Shown: positions 1 through 11,733 of the stretch, piece after piece
Position numbering within the stretch: the first letter of the stretch is position 1
Layout: each line of letters opens with the position of its first letter
From: Lama guanicoe
Lineage: Eukaryota
DNA: 64,000 nucleotides
NCBI GenBank assembly: GCA_013239625.1
Contig: MU053493.1
Coordinates: 319,793 to 383,792, forward strand
Direction: 5' to 3'
Notes under the pieces: model-generated
Seen by the model: only the letters and a program-made list of their open reading frames with translations
What the model was told of the DNA's origin: nothing
Database searches by the model: none
Translations under genes and position numbers: made by a program

Positions 1-3000
1 AATTTCTCCATTTTCCTTTCTTATTTTGCTAATTTGTGCTGTCTCTTTTTTCTTCTTTGTGAGTTTGGCCAGAGGTTTGTCAATTTTATTTACTTTTTCA
101 AAAAAACAGCTTTTGGTTTGTTTGATTTTTTCTATGGTCTTGTTAATCTCTATTGTATTAAATTCCTCTCTGATCTTTATTATTTCCTTCCTTCTGCTGC
201 TTTTTGGGGATTTTTATTCTTCTTTTTCGAGTTTATTCAGCTGGTGGGTTAAATTGTTTATTTGAGATTGTTCTTCCTTTTTGAGGAAGGCCTGTATCGC
301 TATAAACTTCCCTCTTAGCACTGCCTTTGCTGTGTCCCATAAATTTTGTGTGGTTGTGCTTTCATTATCATTTGTCTCAAGGTATTTTTTTAATTTCTGC
401 TTTGATTTCCTTGTTGACCCAATGTTCTTTTAAATAACATATTGTTTAATCTCCATGCTTTCCTTTTTTTCTCCTTTGTTTCTCTGTTGTGATTTCTAGT
501 TTCATGGCATTGTGGTCAGTAAATATGCTTGAGATAATTTGTATCATCTTAAAATTGTTGAGGTTTCTTTTGTGCCTAAGTACATGATTGATCCTGGAAA
601 ATGTTCCATGTGAACTTGAAAATAATGTATATCCTATTTTTGGGGGGTGTAATGCTCTGAAAATATCCACCAAATCTAATTTCTCTATTGTATTACTTAA
701 TTTCTCTGTTGCCTTATTTATTTTCTGCCTGGACGATTTGTCTAGTAATGTTAATGTGGTGTTAAAATCTCCATCTATTGTTTTATTCCCATCAATATCC
801 CCCTTTATCTCTGGTATTAATTGTTTTATGTACTTAGGTTCTCCTATATTGTTTTCATATATATTAACAAGTATAAATCCTCATCTTGTAGCACTCCCTT
901 AATGATTATAAAATGTCCTGCTTTATCTTTCCTTATGGCCTTTGTTTTAAAGTCTATTTTGTCTGAAATCATTACTGCAACACCCGTTTTTTTGGCTTCT
1001 CAATTTGCATGGGATATCCTTTTCCATCCTTTCACTCTCAATCTATATGTGTCCTTCTCCCTAAAGTGGGTCTCTTGTATGCAGCATAGTGAAGGTTCTT
1101 GCTTTATTATCCAGTCTGCCACTCTATGCCTTTTGATGGGAGCATTTACTCCATTAACATTTGCAGTAATTAATGATAGATTGTGTTTATTGCCATTTTG
1201 AACTTATCTTTGCAGTTGATTTGGTATTTCCCCTTTGTTCCTTTCTTCTTCCTTTTGTGGTTTGGCAATTTTCCTTTGTGTTACCATGGATTTTATTTAG
1301 TTTTTGTGACTAACTTGTAAGTTTTTGGCTTGTGGTTACCCTTTTTTTGTAAGTCTATTAGCCAATTACTATAACTGTTTTTATTAAACTGATAGTAACA
1401 TGATTTCAAACCCATCCTACTGAGAACAAAACATTTAAAAAAGACAGAAAAAGTTCTATATTTTCTGCCTCCCTCTCCCATTCTCAATGATTTGTGTGTC
1501 TTCTTTCATAATTTCATGTTTATTGTATTTATAATTCATGAGTTATCACCTTTCCAGTTATGAGTTTCTCATTTCTGTAGCATCCTGCTGCTTTTCTATT
1601 TACAATAGACCTTTCAATATTTCTTTTAGCATGGGTTTAGTGTTGCTAAACTCTTGTAGCTTTTTCTTGTCTGTGAAATTCTTTATGTCTCCTTCTGTCC
1701 TAAAGGATAGCCTTGCCAGATAAAGTATCCTGGGCTGCATCTTTTTTTCTTTCAGTAATTTGAATATACCTGGCCACTCCCTTCTGGCCTGTAGTGTTTG
1801 TGTAGTGAAATCAGCTGAGAGCCTTATAGGGGTTCCCTTGTAATTCACTCTTTACTTTTCTCTTGCTGCCTTTAGGATCATTTCTTTATCCTCAACTCTG
1901 GTCATCTTTATTATGATATGTCTTGTTGTGGGTCTATTTGAGTTATTCCTGTTTGGGACCCTCTGAGCTTCCAGTACTTGGATATCTGATTCCTTCTTTA
2001 AGTTTGGTAAGTTTTCAATCATGATTTCTTCAAAAACCGTTTCAATCCCTTTGACCTTTCTTCCCCTTGTGGGACCCCTTTTAAAGAAAAGGTTGGCTTG
2101 CTTTATATTATCCCATAAGTCCATTATGCTGTTTTCATTTGTTTTTATTTGTTTACATTGTAGCTGTTCTGATTGGGTGCTTTCTATTGTCCTGTCTTCT
2201 AGGTCACTAGTTCGTTCCTCTCTATTATCTAGTCTGCTTTGCACAGCCTTTAGATCATTCCTCATGTCAGCCAATGAGTTTACCAATTCTACTTGGCTCT
2301 TCTTTATAGCTCCAGTTTCATTTTTGACATATTTTATATCTATAAACACTATCTCTTTTAGTTCCTTCAGCACTTTGATCACTCCTTTTTTGAAATCTTG
2401 ATCTAGTAGGCTATCAATGTCTATTTCATTGACCATTCTTTCAGGGGATTTCTCTTGTTCTTTTAATTGGGAATGATTTCTGCTTCTTCATCTTTCTCAC
2501 ACCTCTCTGGCACTGTGGTTTATCTAGTATCAGTTACCTATTGTGGTTCTTAAGGGGTTTATCTACCTAATGCCTATGTAGGAATAAAACTTAGAAAAAA
2601 TAAGAGAGAAGAGATAGAATTTTAAAAGATAGGAGAAAAACAGGTTTGAAAACATTGTATAATGAATAATAGAAGAGCAAGTTGAAGCAGAATAGCAATC
2701 AGGTTGAGAAGTCTTTTAAAAAAAGGAGAAAAGAGGAAAAGATATATTTGAAACCTGTGTATAATCAATAACAGGACATCAAAACCAATGGAAATACGAA
2801 TGAAATGATGTGGATTTTAAAAAATAATAATGACAAAAATATTTTTAAAAATTTGAAAGGGATTTATGAAGTAAAAATTAGCAGGGTATTAGAAAATAGA
2901 GCAGGTAAAAACAGATTTTAAAAAAGGGGGTGTCGATGATCTCCCAGAGACTGTGTGTTTTAATGCAAAGTCTTTCTGTCTTTGTCCTGTTTTGGAAGCT

Positions 3001-4196
3001 CAGCTTGCTGTTTCCAGAGGCCCTCCACTGGCGCCCTTGTCTGTGTTTCTCCCAGTACCTGTTGGCAAGCAGATTGCTCCTCCTCCCAACACTGGGTTGG
3101 AGCAGCTCTCCTTTGCTGTGGGCGGGTGGGTCTCTGCCCCTCCCGATGCCACAGTCAGATGTTGGAGACTGGCCAGATAGGAGGGTGTGCCACGCCCCCT
3201 CCCAGCACCGCGGTCAAGGGCTGTATTTTTGCCCGAAAGCCGTGGGGCCACCCGCGCTCTCCTGGAGCTAGTTGCTCCGCTGTTCTGTGCTGCTGTGCAC
3301 TGTGTCTCAATTCAGTGCTCCACAGACGGGCTCAGGGAAGACCGAGAAACAGCCCCGTCCTTGCTCCAGTCCAAAACACAGCTCCTTGTTTGTGTTGGCA
3401 GAGCAAGTTCTCTGAGGGACCAAGACAGAAGGATCCTATCTGCCTCAGGCTGTAGACAAGTCTGTCTGGCCTTTGAGGTTGCTAAGTCCTTAGGTGTGGA
3501 TGCAGGTTTCACCCCCGCCCCCGCCTGGGTGCTAAGCACCAGAGGATACGGTGGCTGTCCCTGAGCCCCGCTTCTCTTCACCTGAAAAATTTCCATGGAT
3601 TTTCAGAGATGGGTATGCACCATTCCTCCCAGGGCACATCAGTAGTGTTGTTTTATGGAGGGCCCAGGTTGTTCTGCCCTATGCACCCACAGCCACAGCA
3701 CTTAGCCCCCTGCAGTCCCCCAGGGCTACCTCAGTGCAGCCATCCCCATCCTCCACCAGTCTTGGGTAGCCTGGCCCTGCCCCCAGCTCCAGGGTTGCAT
3801 CTCAGGCTGGATGTCACGGGGACCCTCTGTGCCCGTAAAACTTAGTTCTGTCAGTCAAGGGCTGCTCTGTATGGATCCAACCCTCAGAGGCTCCCCCTCC
3901 ATCCCGCTGGCCTCTCAGTTGGAGAGGGGAGACCCAGTGAACAAGCACCAGTCCTCCTTTGCCATTCCCTCCCCGCAGGACATGTCCAGCTCTGTTTTGC
4001 ATTTTCTTCTTTCTTTTTACCTTTTCTCCTACCAGATTTTTGGTGTCTCTATCTTTTAAAGAGGATGATGTTCTGTCAGAGTTCCACAGGTGTTCTGGTT
4101 GGCTGAGTGGGTCTGTGGATGTGAGTCTTGGTGTATTTATGGGAAAGGGTGAGCTACAAACATCCTTCTACTCCACCATCTTGGCCTCCTCCCTCC
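1..4196 (-). mobile_element. LINE-1 copy A: 5'UTR, ORF1 and the endonuclease part of ORF2; continues beyond the left window edge; defective
   Basis: The minus strand starts GGAGGGAGGAGGCCAAGATGGTGG at ~4196. ORF1 peptides 1852-2436 and 1600-1848 (frameshifted; YKGTPIRLSADF...QARREW). ORF2 ATG at 1196 and EN peptide 446-673 (YTLFSSSHGTFSRINH...FTDHN). Homologous to the other three copies in the window. Confidence 0.97.
1600..2500 (-). pseudogene. L1 ORF1p, frameshifted (copy A)
   Basis: ORF-track peptides 1852..2436 and 1600..1848 are consecutive ORF1p parts (coiled coil, RRM, CTD) in different frames. Confidence 0.93.
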
Positions 4197-5043
4197 AAAA
4201 TCAATTTTTAAATGGAGTCTTTTTTACTTCAAACTGACATTGGATTTCCCAGAAAAATCTCCAAAGATTTGCCCCTCTCCTTGGAAAAGGGAGATGCAGA
4301 AATATTCTGGTTTATTTGGTATGTTAAGTTACATGGAAAACACTATCACATAATAGTGATGATAAAGCTTCTTAGGTTATATGAAGTGGATATATATCAC
4401 TGATACAGGTACTTCAGGAATGGTATGAAGCACATAGAAATATGTCAACACTAGTTGTCAAGATATTATTATGTTATAATGTTGTCTGCCACATAAATAA
4501 CTAATTTCCTTTATACAGTGAGCTCTCAGAAGAACTGTAACCATGACCATTTTAAGTCATTTACCACTCACAGTTAATTTGTTACTTTGAATTTTTTTCT
4601 GAAAGCTTTTACAATTAGCTACAGGCACGAATGCTCTGTGTTGGCAGAAGGAGAACAAATTTGAGTCCATGCCACTAGACTAAGACTATCAGAAGGAATG
4701 ACAGCATTGATGAGTTACTAAAACTGTTAACCACCAATCATGCAGAATAAAAATTAATTCCCTGTGACTGAATGAACTGATGGGGGAAATTATGATGTTT
4801 TAGAAATTTTTTGAAACATCCCTAGGTGTTTATGTTGTTGTTTTGTTTTTATGTTTTCTTTTCCAGATTGAAGGAAATCCTTTAATCTTAAGCTAGGTGT
4901 AACTTTCTGCAATTTGGTAAATTATACCTTTGTGAACAAAGATATAACAATTCCTTTTTATCCCTATATGAACATACAGAATTCTAAAGCCTCAATGAGT
5001 GTCCTTATAATTTTGGCAATATAGTTATTTGCATAAGTTCAAT
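4197..5043 (+). mobile_element. Old ERV1 (MER4-group/MER31/MER67-like) non-coding internal region, fragment 1
   Basis: AT-rich sequence resembling recalled MER4-group internal consensus. It resumes at 10256 across the CAAT TSD, again at 18263, and ends in a MER67-like LTR. Confidence 0.6.
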
Positions 5044-5449
5044 TGTTAGGTGGTTTAGGTAGAAATGAGCACTGAGCAGGGGCAGAGGAAAGGGAAAAGA
5101 ACAATCCAGAACAGAAGGAACCTGATCTGTCTAATTAACCAGTGCACAAGGGACCTGAGCTTTCAATCAACGAGAGCATAGGGAATCTGAGTTATCAATC
5201 AATTCATCAATCAATCATGAAACAAGGATATAAAACAGAAAAAAACAAAACAAAACAAAGCAACGGTGCAGTTTTCCCTCTCTTGGATTGTCCCGCTCCC
5301 AATTTTCAAGCGTGTACTGTCCTTCACTGTTTTTTTACTTTACTAATAAAAAATCTTGCTTATATCACACTTTTTTTTCTCTTCAAAAAAAATTTTTTTC
5401 TAGGTGACTAAAAACTGAGATAATTATTATTTACCTTTTCCTGGTAACA
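5044..5449 (+). repeat. 5' LTR of His-PBS provirus (406 bp)
   Basis: TG...CA termini, TATAAAA (~5229), AATAAA (~5345); direct repeat of 9861-10251. Confidence 0.95.
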
Positions 5450-5456
5450 TAAATTT

Positions 5457-5474
5457 TGGTGCTGTGACTTGGAT
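5457..5474 (+). promoter_or_regulatory. Primer binding site, tRNA-His
   Basis: TGGTGCTGTGACTTGGAT is TGGTGCCGTGACTCGGAT (tRNA-His 3' complement) with two CpG-decay C>T changes; starts 8 nt after the LTR end. Confidence 0.9.
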
Positions 5475-7780
5475 GGCGTGCTTAAACCAAATCTTTCTTC
5501 CCTTATTTTCCCTTCCCTCCCAGGGACCAGCAGAGTGCATGCTCCTGGGGCTGGCTGTGGAGGATGGAGTGAGGATACAGGGTGTGGAGCTCGAAGTGCT
5601 GATGAGCCGATCAGGCAGTAAGTGGCCCATCTGGGTCCCTGCACTGGGCCAGTTGCAGTGCAAGGCTACTAAGGCCATGCACCACCTTCCCCTATGTCCA
5701 ACCACATGCACAACTGCCCGAGTGCACTCTTCCTCCACCAGGACTGCCTGTCATGGAGATCCAACTGGAGATAAACAGGCTTACTCCAGGAACCCAGCAA
5801 ACTAATCACTTCTGTCCCTTTCACAGGACTGGCCTATAGAGAAGACTACTGACCACCTTAAAACAATGTTCAGACAAAGGAGAAGCTACGAAATCAGGAA
5901 AAGAAGATGACATTTGAGGTAGACAGCTGACCCAAGACACCAAATCAGGCCTGTATACCAATTACTTTATCACTCACACTTTTATATACTGGTCTCTAGC
6001 CTTTGCTGGGGATCCTTGCTTCTGCTTTCTGACCTATGCTTTCGAGTTCTGTAAAAAACACCCACCTTCAATATCTAATTCTCTTTTTCCCACTGGTCAC
6101 TGCAACGTCCTATGGCTCTAACAAGGATGCCTCCCTCCTGGGCTATTATTAACTTATGACCTAAAAAAAAAAAAAAACTCTCAGTTCCGTAATGTGGCTG
6201 GGGCCACACACTTGTTGCCACTATTTTAACCTATTGTGACTTGGGCTTTCTTATAATCATATCCTGTTTTCTTTATTCACTGGCCAGGAAGTATTTGGCC
6301 AGTTCTTTTGTACATAGCTTGGATAACATTTTCCCTGGTGGCCTTTTCTAGAAAACACCACCATGGACAGCAACCATGGGCTGCAATGTCTCTGACTCCT
6401 TTCTGGCTTCATATCACTCCAGGGACACTCTCTCAGGCAAAAAAAAATCTCTGCTTTAGAAAACTGTGCTGCTGGAATCCCAGCTCAAGTTCTTTTTTCC
6501 TACTGCCTTCCCAATTCAGGAACTTCCATAGGAAACCTCTAACCCTAACTCACTCCTCTATTTTTGCTCCCCCTGTCTCTTGCTATCCCAGTTAAGCAGC
6601 AATTCTGCTCCTGGATCACTAACCACCCATGGGGTTAAAATTGACTATTTCCTTGGACTGTGAAGACTCCCAGGTCATAGTAAGACTGTGGCCGCTGTAC
6701 CCATTCAGAGAGGAGGCTTGGATGCCAGGTCTTCTTTCTGCAGACCAAGGGCCCTGGGACTCCAGGCTCACTTTTGTCCATGGCTTCAGGGTACTCTAGG
6801 CTACAGGCAGAAGACTGAGACTCAGACTATAGCCTGTGGGCTTCACCTTGGGAAGCTGAACTCTGAAGACCCCCCCTTTCCCTAGTATCCAGTCCTTCAG
6901 ATGGAAAAGCAACAGTTGATCCCCACTGGGACTCCACTGGCTACATATTAGCCACAAGCATAGCCCATAAATAGGGGCATAAATTAACAACCGTGCTCCA
7001 GCTTAATCTCTTCTACAATAAACAAGGCAAATGGTCTAAAATACCATATATCCAAATATTTTATCAGCTGAGGGAAGCAATGATCTCCAAAGGAATGCAA
7101 AATAACCACCTTGGCTGTGGTTACTCTCAGCAATCTGCTGTCCCCAACAACTCCTTGAGGGGCACTCCCTTAAATATATATCCTCCCCTGCTCTCCCTAC
7201 CATATACCCCTTGTTTAAAGAATAAATTTCTTACCCAATGTGCCCCTGGTATTACACAAAAACTCAAAAAGTAATCCAGGAACACAGAGTAACTCTTGAT
7301 AAATGCTAATCATTGCTGCCACAGGTTATTGAGTTTTTTGTGTTTTTTTGTTTGTGTGTTTTTTTGTTTTTTCTTAGGTCAGGTACAGGAGGCCAAGGCT
7401 CAAAAGAAGGAAAGAAAGAAAGAGGCCAGGCATGCCCAAATAATTACAGCCCTTCAAGGCCAGTCACCATCCCTAAATCCTCGGGTCCCAAAGCCTGAGA
7501 TACACCTGCTGATCAATACATCTGACACTGACCTGGTCAGTGGGCCAATAAATGTCCTCATAAGGACAAATCTCCAAGGTGTGCCTACTTTTGGTGTAAC
7601 AAGCAAGGTCATTGGCTGACCCTCTGTCCCTCAAGCCAAACAGCCTGTGAGGGAGAACCAGCCTGCAACCTGCAGATTGTTTTCGGGGATTAAAGAAGCC
7701 CCATCCAGGAAATCCCAATGTAAGAGATCTTCACAACAGGGCTAGAGCCATGGGGACAAATGGATGTGGCAGATAGGACA

Positions 7781-9570
7781 ATAACTTTCCTTTTGGATAC
7801 TGGGGCCACCTACTCAGTCCTGACTTCCTTCTCCAGACCCTTCTCCATTTGATTCTACAAAACACATATCCTTCTGGTCATTAAGAAGGATGAGGCCTAT
7901 AGACTAGTCCAAAATTTAAAAATCATAAAGGAGGCTGTATTGCCTCTTCGTCCAGTAGTCCCAAACCCCTGTGTATTACTGAATGCATACCTCCAGGAGC
8001 CCAGTGGTACACTGTCTTAGATCTAAAGATGCTTTCTTCAGCATACCCTTTAGTCCCCAATTCCAATAATTATTTGTCTTTCAGTGGGACTCACCTAATG
8101 TGTATCAACAACAGCTAACCTGGACAGCACTACCACAGGGGTTTAGAGACTGCCCTCACCTCTTTGGGCAAGCTTTGGCCCAAGATTTACAGGACTTACA
8201 GCTTGAAAAAGGAACTATTCTCCAATATAGAAGACTTACTTATCTGCTACCTTACTCAAGAACAGGCCAACCAACATGCAATTCAAACTCCTGACTTCTT
8301 GGCTGAGCGGGGCACAATTTCTCCCCCTGCAATTCCTCTATCCTTCCAGTCATTTAAAAGATGGGGCCTATAGACTGGTGCAGGATTTGTGAATCATAAA
8401 TGAGGCAGTAGTACCTCTTCATCCAGTAGTTCCAAAGCCCTGTGTGTTACTGGGAGACATACCTCCAGGAACCCACTGGTATACCACCTTAGATCTCAAA
8501 GATGCTTTCTTTTGTATATCCCTTAGTCCCCAATCCCAATATTTATATGCCTTTCTGTGGGACTCACCCAATTGCTATCAATGCCATCTAACCTGGACAG
8601 TACTACCACAGGAGTTTAGAGGCAACACTCATCTCTTTGGGGAAGCTTTGGCTCAATATTTACAGAACTTACAGATTGAAAAAGGAACTATTCCCCAGTA
8701 TGTAAATTTCCTACTTATCTACTCCCTTACCTAAAAACAGGCCACTCAGCATAATAATCCAAACTCAACTTCTTGGCTGAGCAGGGACATAAATGTTCCA
8801 GGTCCAAGGCAAAAATTGTCAAACTAGAAGTAACTTATGTAGCAGTTGTTCTGACTCCTGAAAACCATAGCCTTTCCCCTGGGTGAATTTAGACAATCTT
8901 ACAATTCCCTAATCCCTCTACTTGAAAACAGCTCAGTTCATTTCTTGGACTAACAGGTTACTGTAAGCTTTGGTACAGACTAAACTCTGTATGACAGTTT
9001 AAATGGCAAGGATGACTCAGTGCCACTCCAGTAAGGTCCTTCCCAACAGGAAGCAATGGAAAAATTTTAAAAAAATCTGCTAGTAAAATCCCCAGCCTTG
9101 GGTCTTTCACATCCCAAAAGGCCCTTCAAGTTATACATTCATGAGAGAGGAGGAATTGCCTTGGGGGTCCTTACTCAATGACTTGGTTCTAACCAACAGC
9201 CTAAGGGAAACATCTCCAAGGAGCTAGGTCCCACTGATCAAAGCTGGCCTTCGTTGTTGGGAGCTCTCTCCACTCTCCTGGTGGAAGATTTTAAGCTAAC
9301 TCTGGGGGTCTCTGTACAAGTACACACTAACCACCAAGTTTCTGATCTTTTAAAAAGCAAGGAACATTTCTGGCTCTCAGATGTTCTAAAACCCAGAGGT
9401 CAATGTCTCTATTTGTGGGACACTCAATCCTGCTACACTGTTAACATCACCAGATGAGTTTCTTCCCTTTCACCTATGTCATGAGACTTTATCCATTTCT
9501 CTAGGAGCTTTAACAGATCTCACTGGCAAACCCCTGGAAAACCTTGTTGAGATATGCTTCATGGATGGGA
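7781..9570 (+). pseudogene. Degenerate pro-pol (protease stub, duplicated RT core, connection domain, RNase H start)
   Basis: ITFLLDTGATYSVL. RT peptides in ORFs 8100-8294 and 8444-8734. FMDGS-like RNase H start at ~9558. Multiple stops and frameshifts. Confidence 0.9.
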
Positions 9571-9860
9571 GCCACATATTCTTGTGAACCTCTTAGAAAT
9601 CTGCAACTGCTTTTCAAGAAACACCCCAAGTCAAACTTCAAACGGCTATACAAAGAGATAATCAACCAATCAGCCAAGACAGCTTTTATACAAGCCCCTT
9701 GACAGACACCGACAGTTCACTCACCACCTGCTCAGTGACAGACAACTTGTCTGGGACAGCAGTGAGGTCCATTGATGCCTCAGATCAGCAGGAAGTAGCC
9801 AGAGCAGTCATCACCCTCTACATCCCAAAGAATAGAGGCCCTATGACTAGAGGTGGAGAA

Positions 9861-10251
9861 TGTTAGGTAGCTTAGCTAGAAATGAGCAATGATCAGGGGT
9901 AGAGGAATGTGAAAGGAACAATCCAGCACTCAAGGAACCTGTGCTGTCTAATTAACCAGCGCACAGGGAACCTGAGCTGTCAATGAACCAGAGGGCAGAA
10001 AACTTGAGTTTTCAATCAATCAATCAATCATGAAACCAGGATATAAAAACAGGAAAAATAAAGAAAAATGCCATTTTTCCTCTCTTGGATTGGCCTGTTC
10101 CCAATTTCTAGGAGTGTACTATATTTCACTATTTTTTAATTCACTAATAAAAAATCTTAATTATATTACACTTTTTGTCTCTTCAAAAATTCCTTTTTTT
10201 TTCAGGTGACTAAGAACCAAAATAATTCTTATTTTCCATTTCCTGGTAACA
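9861..10251 (+). repeat. 3' LTR of His-PBS provirus (391 bp)
   Basis: Preceded by purine tract AGAGGTGGAGAA; homologous to 5044-5449; followed by TSD CAAT. Confidence 0.95.
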
Positions 10252-10255
10252 CAAT

Positions 10256-10530
10256 AATATTTCTTCTCCTTGTAACAGGACAGAATTGGAAACATTTACT
10301 ATAATACCAATGCTTTGACTGAAATATAGTATTTGAAATTGATATGTACCAAGCCAGATATGACCTAAGAACTTTAAGGAACTAAGGTTGACTTTAAGGA
10401 CCCAGTTCTTACAAAGTCCCCATTGGAAAATCTGGCCTGAACTTGGCTTATGGGGTTTCACAATTTAAAAGTCAGTAAGGAAAGTCACTTTCCATCAGGA
10501 CCAGGAACCTCAGAATATTTGGTGAATGTA
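10256..10530 (+). mobile_element. Old ERV1 internal region, fragment 2
   Basis: Contains AAGGAACTAAGGTTGACTTTA...GGAAAATCTGGCCT, resembling recalled MER4-group internal sequence; lies between two TSD-bounded insertions. Confidence 0.6.
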
Positions 10531-11733
10531 TACAAGCTCAGGATTTCCATTCAAGATGATGGGGTGGTAGGACAATCTCTCCTCTCCTTGCAACTACAAT
10601 GAAACCACAACTGAATGTTAAACAATCATCAGGAAAAAAGACTGGAACATACAAAAACATATTTTGCAACAGGAAACATAAAGAAGGAACCACAGCAGGG
10701 CAGTAGGAGGAGTGTGCTCAAGATATAATTGGGCCCCACACCCTCCAGGTGGGCAACCCAGAAGCTGAAGATTTGTTAAGTCACAGAGGCCCTCCCACAG
10801 GAATGAGAGTTCTAAGCTCAACATCAGGCTCCCCAGCTCTGGTCCCAGCATTGGGAAGAGGAGATCTCAGGACAAGTTTTTATGTCCAGGGGGCTTAGTT
10901 CTGAAAGTCCCACAGTACTGGGGAAATGGAGACTCCATTTCCTTGGGAAGTGTAGACAGAAATTCAAGTGCACCAAGGCCAAGGGCAAAGACAGTGATTT
11001 CTTAAGAAGCTGGGCCTGGCCTGCTCTCTGGATATGGAGGATCCCCTGAGGATGTAGGGGATGGCTGTGGTTAACACAGAGGACATAAATGCTGATGGTG
11101 GATATTCTGAGTGTGTTCATTTACATAAGCTTTCTTGGAGGCTGACATCTTGGTGGGATCATTAGTACCAAGACACAGCCTCCCCAACAGTCTGTTTGGA
11201 AGCCTCAGATCAAACAACATAAGGGTGGGAACACAGGCACATCCATCAGCAGACTTTCTAAGCCACAAAGGCCTCTAGACACAGCCCTGCTCACAAGAAG
11301 TCCAGGGCTTCACGCAGCAGTGGGCAGGCACCATCCCATTAAGCCTCTAGCCCAGCCTCATCCACAAGTGGAAAATAATTGAAATAATAAAACAACAATC
11401 CCACAGACTGTGGAAGGAACCAACAAACACATAGAAAGATAGATGATATGAGGCAGAAAATGAATATCTCCCAAAGGCAAAAGTTTAAAATCCCAGAAGA
11501 AGAAATAAATGATAAGAAGATAAGTAATTTATCTGAGGAAGAGTTGAAAGTAATGATGGTGAAGGTGTTCAGAGAACTCAAGAGGAGTATAGATGCACAG
11601 ACCAAAATTTTGAGCAGAGTTGGGAAATATAAAGAATGAACAAACAGAGTTGAAGCACAAAATCACCAAAATAAATAACACAATAGAAGGAACTAAGAAT
11701 AGAATAAATGAGTCTCTTAAAAAAATGGACAAA

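Larger units (their letters stand above)
5044..10251 (+). mobile_element. Class I (HERV-H/F/W-like) provirus with tRNA-His PBS; multiply deleted and non-coding
   Basis: Paired LTRs TGTTAGG...GGTAACA (5044-5449, 9861-10251). TSD CAAT (5040-5043 / 10252-10255). PBS 5457-5474, PPT 9849-9860. Gag MA remnant (VLQLNLFYNKQGKWSKIPYIQ, ~6993), protease FLLDTGATYSVL (~7787-7822), RT remnants (LDLKDAFF, LTWTVLPQ). Confidence 0.95.

Noticed and set aside
2930..3600. Cluster of 75-157 aa ORFs antisense to the L1 5'UTR (also 12514-12949 and 41958-42401), reminiscent of primate ORF0
   Set aside because: GC-rich, stop-poor sequence. The open frame, start and end differ among the four copies and mostly use non-ATG starts.
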